Below, in pieces: positions 31,800-44,700 of a stretch of 64,000 bases of DNA. Below the pieces are notes generated by a model. That model worked only from the letters and a program-made list of their open reading frames with translations. It did not search any database and had not been told where the DNA came from. The translations under genes were made by a program, and so were the position numbers. Origin of the DNA: Macrostomum lignano (taxonomy: Eukaryota); the NCBI GenBank assembly GCA_002269645.1, contig NIVC01003767.1, forward strand, positions 13,732 to 77,731. The letters are read 5' to 3'. The stretch's first letter is position 1. Each line of letters opens with the position of its first letter.

Positions 31800-32443
31800 A
31801 GCTCGTAACGCCTTGTCCATTTAATACTTGTTTATTAAAAATAAGTTTTGAACATATTCAAGCGTTATATTATTTACACAGCAACCGCTCATTGACTTCA
31901 TATTATACTCCAACGCCTCACAATATTTTAAAGAAGTTCCACACTTCGTTAAAAGCAAATTAAAATATAGGCCACTGCGTGCATTTTGTAAATAAAGCGA
32001 TTTTTTAAAACTACTGGTAAACTTGTACAGTCAGAGTTACCTGCTTCTATTCATTGTTCTCTAGGCTCAACTACGAAGATTCTAAACGATACACACTCGC
32101 CAAAGGGTATAGTCCAGTATAAAATGATAATTAAAAATGACCCTAAGTCTTTAATACCAGTTTCTCTCGTCTCCATAGGACAGGACAGGCTCGGCTACTT
32201 AGGTGCAGTACGTGAGAGCGAAAGAGAGAGAGAGACGAGAGAGACGGTTAACAATTCGCTGTACAATCTAAAGCTCGTTGCTAAGGCGCCCTGGCACAGA
32301 GTCAGCGGTTAAATTGAATAGATGAGTGTGAGAGCCGCGCAGACGTAGTAATATAGGAGCGTAGCTATCCCAGTAGCAAGCCTTCGCAATACAATCTGCC
32401 CGATTTTTTACATTTTTATTGAGTTTTTGGGTTAACAAACGTC

Positions 32444-34562
32444 ATGACTGAGCAGTCGGACGAGCTGGAGAAGCAGAAGCAGGAAGAGGATGAGCAGAAT
32501 CATCAGTCTCGGCTGCTGGCCCACTGCGAACTCGGGCAATACGACGAGATTGCGGGATTGCTGCGCAAGAGAAGAGGTCTGTTTCTGAACTGCGTCGATT
32601 CCGATGGGAACACGCCGTTGCACGTTGTGCGCGATTTGAAGTGAGTTTGGGTAGCATCATAAAGCTTTGGGCTCGGGAAGCTTATGAGCTTACGGGTTTT
32701 GAAGCTTAGGAGCTTAGGGCTCATGAAGTTTAGTGTCATAAACCATAGGGCTCAGGAAGTTGAAGGGTTCATGAAGTTTAGTGTCATAAAGCTTAGGGCT
32801 CAGGAAGTTGAAGGGTTCATGAAGTTTAGTGTCATAAAGCTTAGGACTCGGGAAGTTTAGCGTTCATGAAGTTTAGTGTCATAAAGCTTAGGGCTCGGGA
32901 AGTTTAGTGTTCATGAAGTTTAGTGTCATAAAGCTTAGTAGGGCTCGGGAAGTTTAAGGGTTCATGAAGTTTAGCATCATAAAGCTTAGGGCTCATGAAT
33001 TCATAAAGTTGAGGATTTGTGAACTTAATTTGTTCAAACTTAAATCGTTGCGACCCCCCCCCCCGCGCCGCGATTTCAGATGCGCCGAGCTGCTGCTGGA
33101 ATTCGGCGCCGGTCAATCGACGCTGAACCGGCAGAACCGCGACGGCGAGACGCCTCTGCTGCTAAACCTTCGACATGGCAACGTCCAACTGGCCGGCTTC
33201 TACCTTGACAACGGCGCCGACGTCAGGCCACCAAACAAGCACTTCCAGCACTGCCTGCACGTGGCAGCCCACAGCGGATTGTCCAGTTTGCTGGACCGCC
33301 TGCTGGACATGCGGCAGCTCGACCCGAATCAGCCAGATCGGCGGGGCAACTCGACGCTGCACTACGCAGTGGCATTCGCCGACAAGGATGTCGCTGCTGA
33401 GATGCTGGGCAGGCTGCTGAAAGAGACTCAGGTTAGCTGGGACTTTTGCTACTGCCCTCTACAGCAAAAATGCATTTGGCACAGTTTTGATCCTGGGAGG
33501 CAGGGTGGTTCAGCGTTCTACGCATCAATTGACCCGGATGGATTGGGGGTGTTTTCACAAACATTAGGGCCAACCCCGAGGCACAGAGAGTGTACATGCC
33601 TGACGATTAGAAAGTCAGGGCCGGTGTACACCCTGTGTGTTCGTGTGCATGAGTGCGTGCCCTGCGTACAGAATTGGCGCGCTTGTATGTGCTCAGCAGT
33701 CAGCGGAATGGGCAGAATTGCCGTCAGCGCTGCATGTCGGACGATTTCGCCGACGATGGGCACCCTGGTTTCGCCCGAAAGCCACAGGCCTCCTGCGAGT
33801 ATTTGTTTTTTGTTATACTCTTATTAATAATAACCGGCAGCTCAGCCGCAGCTACTCATGGATGAAGGAATCCATGCAGCTACTGCGCGGCGCATCTGAA
33901 GGCTGCGTACGGCTGTTCAGTCCAAGGACTTGGGGGGGGGGGGGGGTCGCTACATAGACCCTCAATTGCCCCAGCTAATGCTGGCACCCATTTTACTGCT
34001 AGGTGAACTGAAACATTGCAGAGTTAAGTGTCTGGCGAACCGCCGACCTTTCCAGTTGTGAGTCAGACGTTCTAATCACTTGGCTACTACCCCTGTTTTC
34101 TTATAACCCAACTCTAGCCTTCCCCTAGAGCCATGGCATGGCAGCCTCCCCATTGATGTAGAGAAAAAACTCTTGGCAACTCAGCAACTCAGAATTGATA
34201 TTCCGCAGGTGTCCACAGACACTGAGGACTCGCTCGGCCGGACCGCCTTCACTCTGGCCGCTCAGTCGGACAACTTGGCCGCCTGCCGGCTGCTCCGCGA
34301 CCGAGGCTGCGACCTCTGCACGCCGACTTCAACGGGGCCGACGCTTTGCACGTCGCCTCGGCCACAGCCAGCCAGGAGATGGTCCGCTACCTGGTTGCCG
34401 ATCTCGCCTTCTCCGTTGATCGCTGCGACAAATTGGGCCGTTCGCCACTGTTCTACGCTGTGCACCACTCTCGGAAGACAACGCCAGCAGCTGTTGACGC
34501 TCGTGCCGAAGCAAACAGGCCCGACCGGTGCGGCCGACGCCATTCACGTGGCCGCTGAGAAG
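32444..34562 (+). CDS. Ankyrin-repeat protein, 5' part (exons 32444-32640, 33080-33431, 34209-34562); continues into the gap
   Basis: Repeats DGNTPLH, DGETPLL, QHCLHVAA, RGNSTLHYA, LGRTAFTLAA, GADALHVA and LGRSPLFYA. GT-AG splice sites are in phase for exons 1-3. Exon 3 has several indels near the contig end. Ortholog not identifiable. Confidence 0.85.
32650..33010. repeat. Intronic minisatellite, ~45-bp unit (TTCATGAAGTTTAGTGTCATAAAGCTTAGGGCTC..)
   Basis: About 7 degenerate copies inside ankyrin intron 1. Confidence 0.85.
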
Positions 34563-34658
34563 GTGAGAGGAGTGCCAGTTGTATCTTGAATAAAATCGTC
34601 GCTGAAGTTTCTATAAAAATTGCTTCCATCTGGTACAATACATATGTGTCTCCTGCAA

Positions 34659-34921
34659 NNNNNNNNNNNNNNNNNNNNNNNNNNNNNNNNNNNNNNNNNN
34701 NNNNNNNNNNNNNNNNNNNNNNNNNNNNNNNNNNNNNNNNNNNNNNNNNNNNNNNNNNNNNNNNNNNNNNNNNNNNNNNNNNNNNNNNNNNNNNNNNNNN
34801 NNNNNNNNNNNNNNNNNNNNNNNNNNNNNNNNNNNNNNNNNNNNNNNNNNNNNNNNNNNNNNNNNNNNNNNNNNNNNNNNNNNNNNNNNNNNNNNNNNNN
34901 NNNNNNNNNNNNNNNNNNNNN
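34659..34921. other. Assembly gap (263 N) at the centre of the inverted duplication
   Basis: Run of N. Confidence 1.
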
Positions 34922-36782
34922 GCAGCCTCGCGTCGCGGAGCAGCCGGCAGGCGGCCAAGTTGTCCGACTGAGCGGCCAGAGTGAAGGCGTCCGGCCGAGC
35001 GAGTCCTCAGTGTCTGTGGACACCTGCGGAATATCAATCTGAGTTGCTGAGTTGCCAAGAGTTTTTTTCTCTACATCAATGGGGAGGCTGCCATGCCATG
35101 GCTCTAGGGAAGGCTAGAGTTGGGTTATAAGAAAACAGGGTAGTAGCCAAGTGATTAGAACGTCTGACTCACAACTGGAAAGGTCGGCGGTTCGCCAGAC
35201 ACTTAACTCTGCAATGTTTCAGTTCACCTAGCAGTAAAATGGGTGCCAGCATTAGCTGGGCAATTGAGGTCTATGTAGCGACCCCCCCCCCCCAAGTCCT
35301 TGGACTGAACAGCCGTACGCAGCCTTCAGATGCGCCGCGCAGTAGCTGCATGGATTCCTTCATCCATGAGTAGCTGCGGCTGAGCTGCCGGTTATTATTA
35401 ATAAGAGTATAACAAAAAACAAATACTCGCAGGAGGCCTGTGGCTTTCGGCGAAACCAGGGTGCCCATCGTCGGCGAAAATCGTCCGACATGCAGCGCTG
35501 ACGGCAATTCTGCCCATTCCGCTGACTGCTGAGCACATACAACAGCGCGCCAATTCTGTACGCAGGGCACGCACTCATGCACACGAACACACAGGGTGTA
35601 CACCGGCCCTGACTTTCTAATCGTCAGGCATGTACACTCTCTGTGCCTCGGGGGTTGGCCCTAATGTTTGTGAAAACACCCCCAATCCATCCGGGTCAAT
35701 TGATGCGTAGAACGCTGAACCACCCTGCCTCCCAGGATCAAAACTGTGCCAAATGCATTTTTGCTGTAGAGGGCAGTAGCAAAAGTCCCAGCTAACCTGA
35801 GTCTCTTTCAGCAGCCTGCCCAGCATCTCAGCAGCGACATCCTTGTCGGCGAATGCCACTGCGTAGTGCAGCGTCGAGTTGCCCCGCCGATCTGGCTGAT
35901 TCGGGTCGAGCTGCCGCATGTCCAGCAGGCGGTCCAGCAAACTGGACAATCCGCTGTGGGCTGCCACGTGCAGGCAGTGCTGGAAGTGCTTGTTTGGCGG
36001 CCTGACGTCGGCGCCGTTGTCAAGGTAGAAGCCGGCCAGTTGGACGTTGCCATGTCGAAGGTTTAGCAGCAGAGGCGTCTCGCCGTCGCGGTTCTGCCGG
36101 TTCAGCGTCGATTGACCGGCGCCGAATTCCAGCAGCAGCTCGGCGCATCTGAAATCGCGGCGCGGGGGGGGGTCGCAACGATTTAAGTTTGAACAAATTA
36201 AGTTCACAAATCCTCAACTTTATGAATTCATGAGCCCTAAGCTTTATGATGCTAAACTTCATGAACCCTTAAACTTCCCGAGCCCTACTAAGCTTTATGA
36301 CACTAAACTTCATGAACACTAAACTTCCCGAGCCCTAAGCTTTATGACACTAAACTTCATGAACGCTAAACTTCCCGAGTCCTAAGCTTTATGACACTAA
36401 ACTTCATGAACCCTTCAACTTCCTGAGCCCTAAGCTTTATGACACTAAACTTCATGAACCCTTCAACTTCCTGAGCCCTATGGTTTATGACACTAAACTT
36501 CATGAACCCTAAGCTCCTAAGCTTCAAAACCCGTAAGCTCATAAGCTTCCCGAGCCCAAAGCTTTATGATGCTACCCAAACTCACTTCAAATCGCGCACA
36601 ACGTGCAACGGCGTGTTCCCATCGGAATCGACGCAGTTCAGAAACAGACCTCTTCTCTTGCGCAGCAATCCCGCAATCTCGTCGTATTGCCCGAGTTCGC
36701 AGTGGGCCAGCAGCCGAGACTGATGATTCTGCTCATCCTCTTCCTGCTTCTGCTTCTCCAGCTCGTCCGACTGCTCAGTCAT
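34922..36782 (-). CDS. Mirror copy of the ankyrin gene 5' part, truncated in exon 3 at the gap
   Basis: ORFs 36582-36782 and 35617-36207 match the left-arm exons. Confidence 0.83.
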
Positions 36783-37426
36783 GACGTTTGTTAACCCAAA
36801 AACTCAATAAAAATGTAAAAAATCGGGCAGATTGTATTGCGAAGGCTTGCTACTGGGATAGCTACGCTCCTATATTACTACGTCTGCGCGGCTCTCACAC
36901 TCATCTATTCAATTTAACCGCTGACTCTGTGCCAGGGCGCCTTAGCAACGAGCTTTAGATTGTACAGCGAATTGTTAACCGTCTCTCTCGTCTCTCTCTC
37001 TCTTTCGCTCTCACGTACTGCACCTAAGTAGCCGAGCCTGTCCTGTCCTATGGAGACGAGAGAAACTGGTATTAAAGACTTAGGGTCATTTTTAATTATC
37101 ATTTTATACTGGACTATACCCTTTGGCGAGTGTGTATCGTTTAGAATCTTCGTAGTTGAGCCTAGAGAACAATGAATAGAAGCAGGTAACTCTGACTGTA
37201 CAAGTTTACCAGTAGTTTTAAAAAATCGCTTTATTTACAAAATGCACGCAGTGGCCTATATTTTAATTTGCTTTTAACGAAGTGTGGAACTTCTTTAAAA
37301 TATTGTGAGGCGTTGGAGTATAATATGAAGTCAATGAGCGGTTGCTGTGTAAATAATATAACGCTTGAATATGTTCAAAACTTATTTTTAATAAACAAGT
37401 ATTAAATGGACAAGGCGTTACGAGCT

Positions 37427-38434
37427 ACTGACATGTCCGTAGCCGCCTTCCAGCCGCACCGAAATTTTAAATGAGTGCCCCAGGTGTAATTTTTATAAAA
37501 ATGATTCACATATGCTCTTAATTGATTGCCCCAAAACATGTTTCGCATGGTCGATGCTGTTTCTATGAAAATCTGGCAGTGAAAGTTCAAGTTGGCTTTA
37601 GGGCGGGTGAAGGGCGGCTGGAAGGGGGCTAGAGAATTGCTCTGTATTGGCGCAGTATAATTGTGCCCCAAATGGAAAAAAAGTAGATAGAATATATTGA
37701 GTGATTTGATTACAATCTTAAAGTGACAATTGTCATGCCAGTTTTTAATATTTCTAAAGGACACATACAATTACATATCCATCAACATGGGCATTGTCAC
37801 ATTGATAGTAATTTTTGAATTGGTCCATTAGTCTATTAGTAGACAAGCTTTGCAACAAGTTAGAATTTAATTTTTTACGATTGCAAAGTCGTAATCTCGA
37901 CTGTAAGTCGTAATGACTGGTGTCTGAGTGACAATCAAGTTATTTCACTTCGCCACTCAGTTGGAAATTGTGGGGCATGTACAGAAATTTACATATACAG
38001 TAAAATTTTGACCCTGCTTCTTTTTACCGCATTGGGGCATTAGCCGCTAGTCAAGAAAATGGTTGGGGCACGCTTTTACCTATTGGAATGCTGAATTTCA
38101 AACTAAAGGTCACACTTCTCTAATAAATAAAAGCCAATGAAACAAAGTTTATTGTGCATATTAAAGTTAAGACTTGCATCTAATTTTTTTTCCATTTGGG
38201 GCACAATTATACTGCGCCAATACAGAGCAATTCTCTAGCCCCCTTTCAGCCGCCCTTCAGCCGCCCTAAAGCCAACTTTCACTGCCAGATTTTCATAGAA
38301 ACAGCATCGACCATGCGAAACATGTTTTGGGGCAATCAATTAAGAGCATATGTGAATCATTTTTATAAAAATTACACCTGGGGCACTCATTTAAAATTTC
38401 GGTGCGGCTGGAAGGCGGCTACGGACATGTCAGT
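37427..38434. mobile_element. Mirror copy of the MULE-like element (6-bp duplication in one TIR)
   Basis: Same TIRs and flanks; GTTCAAGTTGG shows the extra 6 bp near 37585. Confidence 0.73.
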
Positions 38435-39334
38435 TTACGAGTTATGGTTAGAGATACTGACACCAGGGTATAAGGGGATCAGACCTCACCCTCCCAGGGG
38501 CACCCGCCCTAGATGGAGAATTGGTAGCTTTGGTTGTGGTCCGATAGCAAGGTCCCACTGTCATGTTCTAATCCCAACTATGATCAAGAGGTTTTAAAGG
38601 TAGCGACTGCTTAGAGTAGTTTTGCATTATTACACCTTAAAAAATTCTTAAGATATGCTAACAGGTTCTGTTTTGCATCCCTGCAGCCCTAGCCTTCTAC
38701 TCACTAGCCTGCATGATTAAAAGATTAATAAATCAAAGCAGGACAACTGGGCTATGATTTCCACCTGACAAGTATCTCAGCTGCAGATACTACTACACGA
38801 GAATGACTGATTTAATTATTGCCAAGTGGGACGGTATCCCGATGGTTGATCCCGGGATTTTCGAATCCCGGACAATTGTGATCCCGGGATTTTCGAATCC
38901 TGGACAATTGTGATCCCGGGATTGTATTCCCTAATAAATAAAGCACGTACATTATTACACCAAATTAAAATCTCCTTACGAGCTGCTAACAGCTAACAGA
39001 ACAGAATCCCAGGATTTTCGAAGTCCGGGATGTCCCCGATCCCAAAAATCCCGGATGGGCCAAACTCTGGATTTTGTATTCCCTAACTGAGATATGAGAG
39101 ACTGGGATATGGGAGACTGAGATATGGGAGACTGAGATATGGGGGACTGAGATATGAGAGAGGTTTACGCTGTCAGCTCATTCCCATCTTAGTAGTTTAT
39201 TTTCGTTAACTTATCGCTTTGACAACGATTTTTTAATCATATTTGACGCAGAAGTCAGGAACTGATTGTTGTCAATAACGAGTGTGAATTCTTGCGATAT
39301 ACTTATCCAAGAAAATATTTTCCAAGAAAAGATT

Positions 39335-40075
39335 CTACATAGTTGCTTCTTGTCTCCAGGAGTCTTGAAGGCGCGGATCCCATCGACTAGATTTGGATCG
39401 GGAGAAATTCTTCTCTCGCTGACTCTGTACCCGAGAAAGAGAACTCCTTGGCCTTTGAGGGTTGATTTTCCATAGTTGATTGATATTCTTGCATTTTTTG
39501 GGGCAGCTATGATGTCTTGGACCTTTGAGTTGATCAATGAGTCAGATTTTCCGCCGAGGAGAATGTCGTCCTGATAAACTATCTTGCCGGTGAAGTCAGT
39601 AAGGACGGATTCCATTGCCTTTTGATGCTGATTTGAGGCCTGGGAACGAGTCAATTATAGCGATAAAGGCCCAAAGGCGTGGCGATGGTGGTGTTCTCTC
39701 TGTTGTCTTCGTCCATGCAGCTCTATCTGCAAATTGCAAATATGCATCCGAGAGGTCGATTTTGGAGAATTGTGACATTCCAGAGGTCTCCGCAAAGATT
39801 GTCTCCATCTCATTAACCTGATGAGTAACTCCTGCCTTAAAGTCAGCACAGACGCGCACCTTTCCGTTAGGCTTCAGCACACTGACAATTGGTGAGGCCT
39901 ACTGACTCCCTCCGGCTGGAACAGGTTCGATTATCTGCTCAGCCTCCATTCGCCTGAGTTCCTCGTTAATTCGGTCTCGCAGGTGAATTGGAACGCGGGC
40001 CTAACTGCGCAATAAATGAATGGTTTTGCTCTCGTCAACAAGGCGAATCTTGGCTTTGAAGTTTTTGAGACATCC
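39335..40075 (-). pseudogene. Mirror copy of the decayed Gypsy RT fragment
   Basis: ORFs 39596-39880 and 39211-39654 mirror 29355-30025. Confidence 0.8.
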
Positions 40076-42229
40076 TAGTGAAATAGGCTTAAAATTATAA
40101 TCAACTTGTCCGGAATTAATAGCTAAATTCCACCGCTGATGACACCAAATGAAATAGGTGTGAAATTACATAAACTTAACGGCTTGAATATTAAATTATT
40201 TGTTAGCTCCGGTTTGAGCTGCGCAAGGTCGAGAGTCGAGGCCCCCTGATTTTAGCTGGGTTTGAAACAAAGGGAGAGTTCAAATGAACAATCACAAACC
40301 AACCAACCGTTACTTCAATATTTAATTTCTAAATCAAAGCTTGAATTAAACTTTATGATTTTTCTCTGATCATCTCTTCAATCGGCAATGAGGATCAGTC
40401 ACAGAGCAAAAGAAAACCCTCAAACGTAAGAAATAAAGAATGGCATGAAGAAAATCAAATCGATATTTCAAATCAAATAGATTAGAGGAAATAAAGAAAT
40501 CAGAGAGAAAGCACAGTCATTAACATCGCGATTTTCCAACCCCTCGTGTTGTTTGTTTAAATTAGGGCGACTGACCAGCGACCACCCCAAATTAGACCTG
40601 ACTGTACAGTGCGACGGAGGACCCTAGGAGCCCAGGAGACACTGGCGACCCCCCTCCCCCCCCTAATAGAACCTAATAGAACCTAATGAACACCTCCCTG
40701 TTTTTATCGATCGTGAGGCCCTCACGCAGGGCCGGGCTCGCAGGCCGCTCTCGCGGCCGCCAACCCCCCCCCCCACCCCAAAAGGCCAAAGCCCCCCCCG
40801 CACAATCGGAGAGAGAATAGGGGTGGTGGGGAGTGGGGACGAGAAGTCGGACCGCCATTATTTTGATGGTGGTCTCTCGCTTCTGTCTGTCGGACGTGGA
40901 ACCTTAGCTGCCTTATCTGTAAATAGTATAGTGGTTAAGTTTTTTACTCTGTTAAGTTTGGACTGGTTAAGACTGCTATTCGGTACGTGTAACAAAGGAG
41001 CTTGTTCGCACTCTTTTACCATACATTCGATGAGCCTTCAAGTTCATTGAATCATTTTAAATTAGGTAAAAATATATTATAAAATTGATTTATATATTGG
41101 TCAAGTTTTATATTAATTAATATATTATTAATTTAACATATTATTATATAATATATATAATGTCCTCTACTCTATTAGTTGAGACCCGTAGTTTGGATTG
41201 TGTATTACTATTAGTGTACACTAGGTCTAGTGAGGGAAAAGTATAGGACATTTATATGCTAGGACTAAACAAGTTTTCAACTATGTTATGTATGGCCAAA
41301 TCCAAAAACATGAGATAAAATGGTAAAACAAATCTGTAGGCAGACATTCAATCCAATGGAAGGTAATGTATTTAAAAAAGCTTTTTGAAAGACAGATAAG
41401 TCTTTAAAAATAGTTTTGGATAAAAACTATTGTTTTCATGCTTTATTTTTTATCATTAAATAAATAAGTAAAAAACCACAAAAAGCATTTTAAAAGTCTG
41501 AGTTAACTGATTTGTAGTTTTTTATTTCACTTTTTTAATTAATTAACAATTAATTTTAAGACTTGTAGACCTTAGAGTTAAAGAAGGCCAATTTTTCACT
41601 AGTTCCCCAGTGAGCGGAGCGAACGCGCGAGGCACGAAGTGCCAAGCATGAGGAACAAACAGCCAGCCAATGCGCGAAGCACATTGGGTGGTCTAGCTTG
41701 TGACAAATATAATAATATGAGACGTGTGCATCGAAAAATTGACAAAAAAATCTCACAAAAACTGCTGTAATTTCAAAACTACAAAGCGAATTTCACAAGT
41801 GAGGTGTCATTTTAAAGAAAAGAATCTGATCTATTTAACGAGTATAGTTTTGTATGGATTCACTGCGGAAAAAAGGGAACAGGCTTCAGTTGAAATGTTT
41901 GTCTTAAGATTATGCCTTTACAAAAGTGCTTGAGCTAAAAACTTGAGCTAAAAATGTTCGAGGCTTATAGGTGCGCCTTACTAAGATGCATAACATTATT
42001 GGGTTGTTTTTTTCAATTGTAATAAAATTCAAGTCGATTTGGCTCCTATTTATGCAAAATGGCTCCCCTAAGGCTAATACATTCGTTTTTTGGATTTCCC
42101 TAGCGCGTTTCGGATTCCCGCCCCCATAGACCAAGAATATATGTATATTGATCACGAATGACCCTCGTGATAGATTTCCTCGCTAGATTGTACATACCAT
42201 AGATAGCCAATTATAATCAAGAGCTGAAT

Positions 42230-42505
42230 TGACACACTACGGCTTATGGGAGCCAAATTGCATAAGCCATTGATTCTTATGGGAGCCATTTTGACACACT
42301 GTTGCTTATGGGAGCCAAATTGATAGATTGCGGCTTATGGGAGCCAAATTGCACGAGCCATTGATTCTTATGGGAGCCGTTTTGACATCTGATTCTTATG
42401 AGAGCCAAATTGACATACTGATTCTTATGGGAGCCGTTTTGACATACTGATTCTTATGGGAGCCGTTTTGACATACTGATTCTTATGGGAGCCGTTTTGA
42501 CACAC
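42230..42505. repeat. Mirror inner satellite remainder
   Basis: CTTATGGGAGCC monomers. Confidence 0.9.
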
Positions 42506-44700
42506 TGTCACGATTATTGACGTAGTGGCTATGGCTATGACCCTTGAAAGGGCCGTTTTGACGAGAGTTGCCGTAAGTCGTAGTCCCAAAATGAATCGAA
42601 GTCAATTCTTATAAAGCGGATTGTGTAGCGGAGCACTTGGCGATAAAGGCAGGAAACTGCCATGGTTGTTTTATTTGTTGAGATCAATATTAAACTTGGT
42701 TACTAATGTCAATGCAAGCTTATAGTGTTCTGGGCACTGGCGGCTGCAACAATGGTTTTGAAAGCAATAGAATATGAAGTCGAGTGGCAGACGAATGATG
42801 CAATGGCGACGCAACGTGATGAGCAATGGCGATGAGCACGGTGAAGGCAGTGAGTAGCAGTAGGTAGGCAGATGAGTAGTGGCGAGATTGGCGTTAGCTG
42901 TGGCGGAACACAGTGAAGTAGTGTAAACAGGCTGGCCCAGACAGAGGGGCCGTGGCGAGAGATAAGGAGGCTCGAGGCAGCCAGACAAGAGAGGAAAAAC
43001 AAGACGCCAAGAGGCCGAGAAGCCTAAACAGCTAAACAGGCTAGACAGCTAAAACAGGCTAGACCGCGAGGAGGCCCCCAGCCTGCCAGGCAGGGTTTAA
43101 TAAAGGAACGCAGAGGGGGTAGCGCGAAGCACGAGCGGTTTCATTGGCTGGCTAAAGAACTTAAAATTATCGATCGTGCAAGTTTTCTACGGTCGCATGA
43201 AAGGATAGCAAAACGCGCAGTGAATTAGCGACATTAGGCACAGATTCATTGGGCACTACTACAAGTAAACGTTAAAATAAACAATTGGAAGAATTGTAGA
43301 GGAGCTGCAGTGCAACGGCCCTTTTATGGGACCACTTTAAACTGACGTCACACCCGCCTCCCTTCCGAAAAAGGATAGGGTCACGCAAAAAAGAAAACCA
43401 ACACGCGGGGTGATGGCAAGGAAAACACAACGTGACTGCAGCTTATGAAATTACAGTAGAACGAATTACAGGGAGCTTGATTTAGTATATAGGAGTATGT
43501 GATTACCGGACAAAATTACAAAATTCCAAAGGCTACAGAATATTACAGGAGCAGAATATTACAGGGCAGCAGAACGCGGTGAGCACGAGTAGTACGCATG
43601 GTGGCGTTACGAAAACATAACAAAAATATAACAATGATTACGGAAGTAGCGCATGACAGAGCGCACGGCGCGCGCGAACTCAAAAAACGACAAAAGGACG
43701 CGCAGAGTGATACGTGGATGAGGCAAAGACAGAACAAGGATGACAAGGTGGATGAGGCAACAAAACAGAGCAGAGGCACGGAACAGAGGCACAGTCCGAC
43801 AACTGCGGGCAAATGACGACAAGCGTCAAGGGCGGCGGGACACGGCGCGGTGCGCCAACAGACAGGCAGGAGGCAACCGGCGCAGGAGCGCCCAAGGCGG
43901 AAGACGCGGCGCGGCGCGCCAAGGCGGAGAACGGCGCAGCGCGCCAGGCAGAGGACGGCGCCACGCGCCAGGCAGAGAACGGCGCAGCGCGCCAGGCAGA
44001 AGACGGCACCACGTGCCAAAGGCAAAGGACGGCGCAGCGCGCCAGGCAGGAACGGCGCAGGGCGCCAAGGCAGAGAACGGCGCCACGCGCCAAAGGCAGA
44101 GGATGGCGCAGCGTGCCAGAGGCAGAAGATGGCGCCACGCGCCAGATGGCTGAGCGAGAGGCCAGTCGCATTGTCTCTCAAGACAGATGGCTCTAATCTG
44201 GGCTTTCACCGTCTGGATCATCCTCTCAGCTTTACCGTTAGCCTGAGGGCGACGGGCTGTGATCCGGCCCATGTCAATTTGTAAGAGTCTGGTCAATTCT
44301 GCCATGGTACTATTGATGAAGGCGGTTCCGTTGTCAGATACCAACTGCTCCATCACCCCATACCTGGCAACCCATTCCGTCAGGATGGTTGTGGCAGTGG
44401 TCTCTGCGCTGACATCGGGAACAGGGACTGCTTCGACAAACCCGGTGAACCGGTCGATCATAACCAGCAGGTACTTGTACCCGTCACACTCTTCGAACGG
44501 GCCTGCGTGGTCCACGTGGACAACCTGGTTCGGGTAGCCGTACAGTTCTGGTTGCATAGGAGCCTTGAGTTTACGCTTCAACTTCTTGGTCTTAGCGCAA
44601 ACAGTGCATTCGGCCAGGACCCCCTTGACTATAGTATCTAAGTCGGAAATGACGAAGCGCGCCTTCAGGGCGGCCATCGTCTTGGTGATACCGCAATGGT

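Larger units (their letters stand above)
3634..34310 (+). repeat. Left arm of a giant inverted duplication (mirror of 34922-64000)
   Basis: The reverse complement of the window end (AAAGTTTTGCACAGA-ATGCAAC) matches 3634 onward. ORFs pair up (4275/63363, 7689/59955, 20277/48951, 32444/36782). Coordinate sums are ~67640 outside the satellite and ~69230 inside it. Confidence 0.97.

Noticed and set aside
32276-32292. RFX X-box-like GTTGCTAAGGCGCC upstream of the ankyrin gene
   Set aside because: The right half-site deviates from consensus; a single imperfect match is not enough.
33432-33827. C-terminal 130 aa of ORF 32964-33827 as part of the ankyrin protein
   Set aside because: Read-through into intron 2 past the CAG|GTTAGC donor; ankyrin periodicity resumes only at 34209, and the mirror copy changes frame here.
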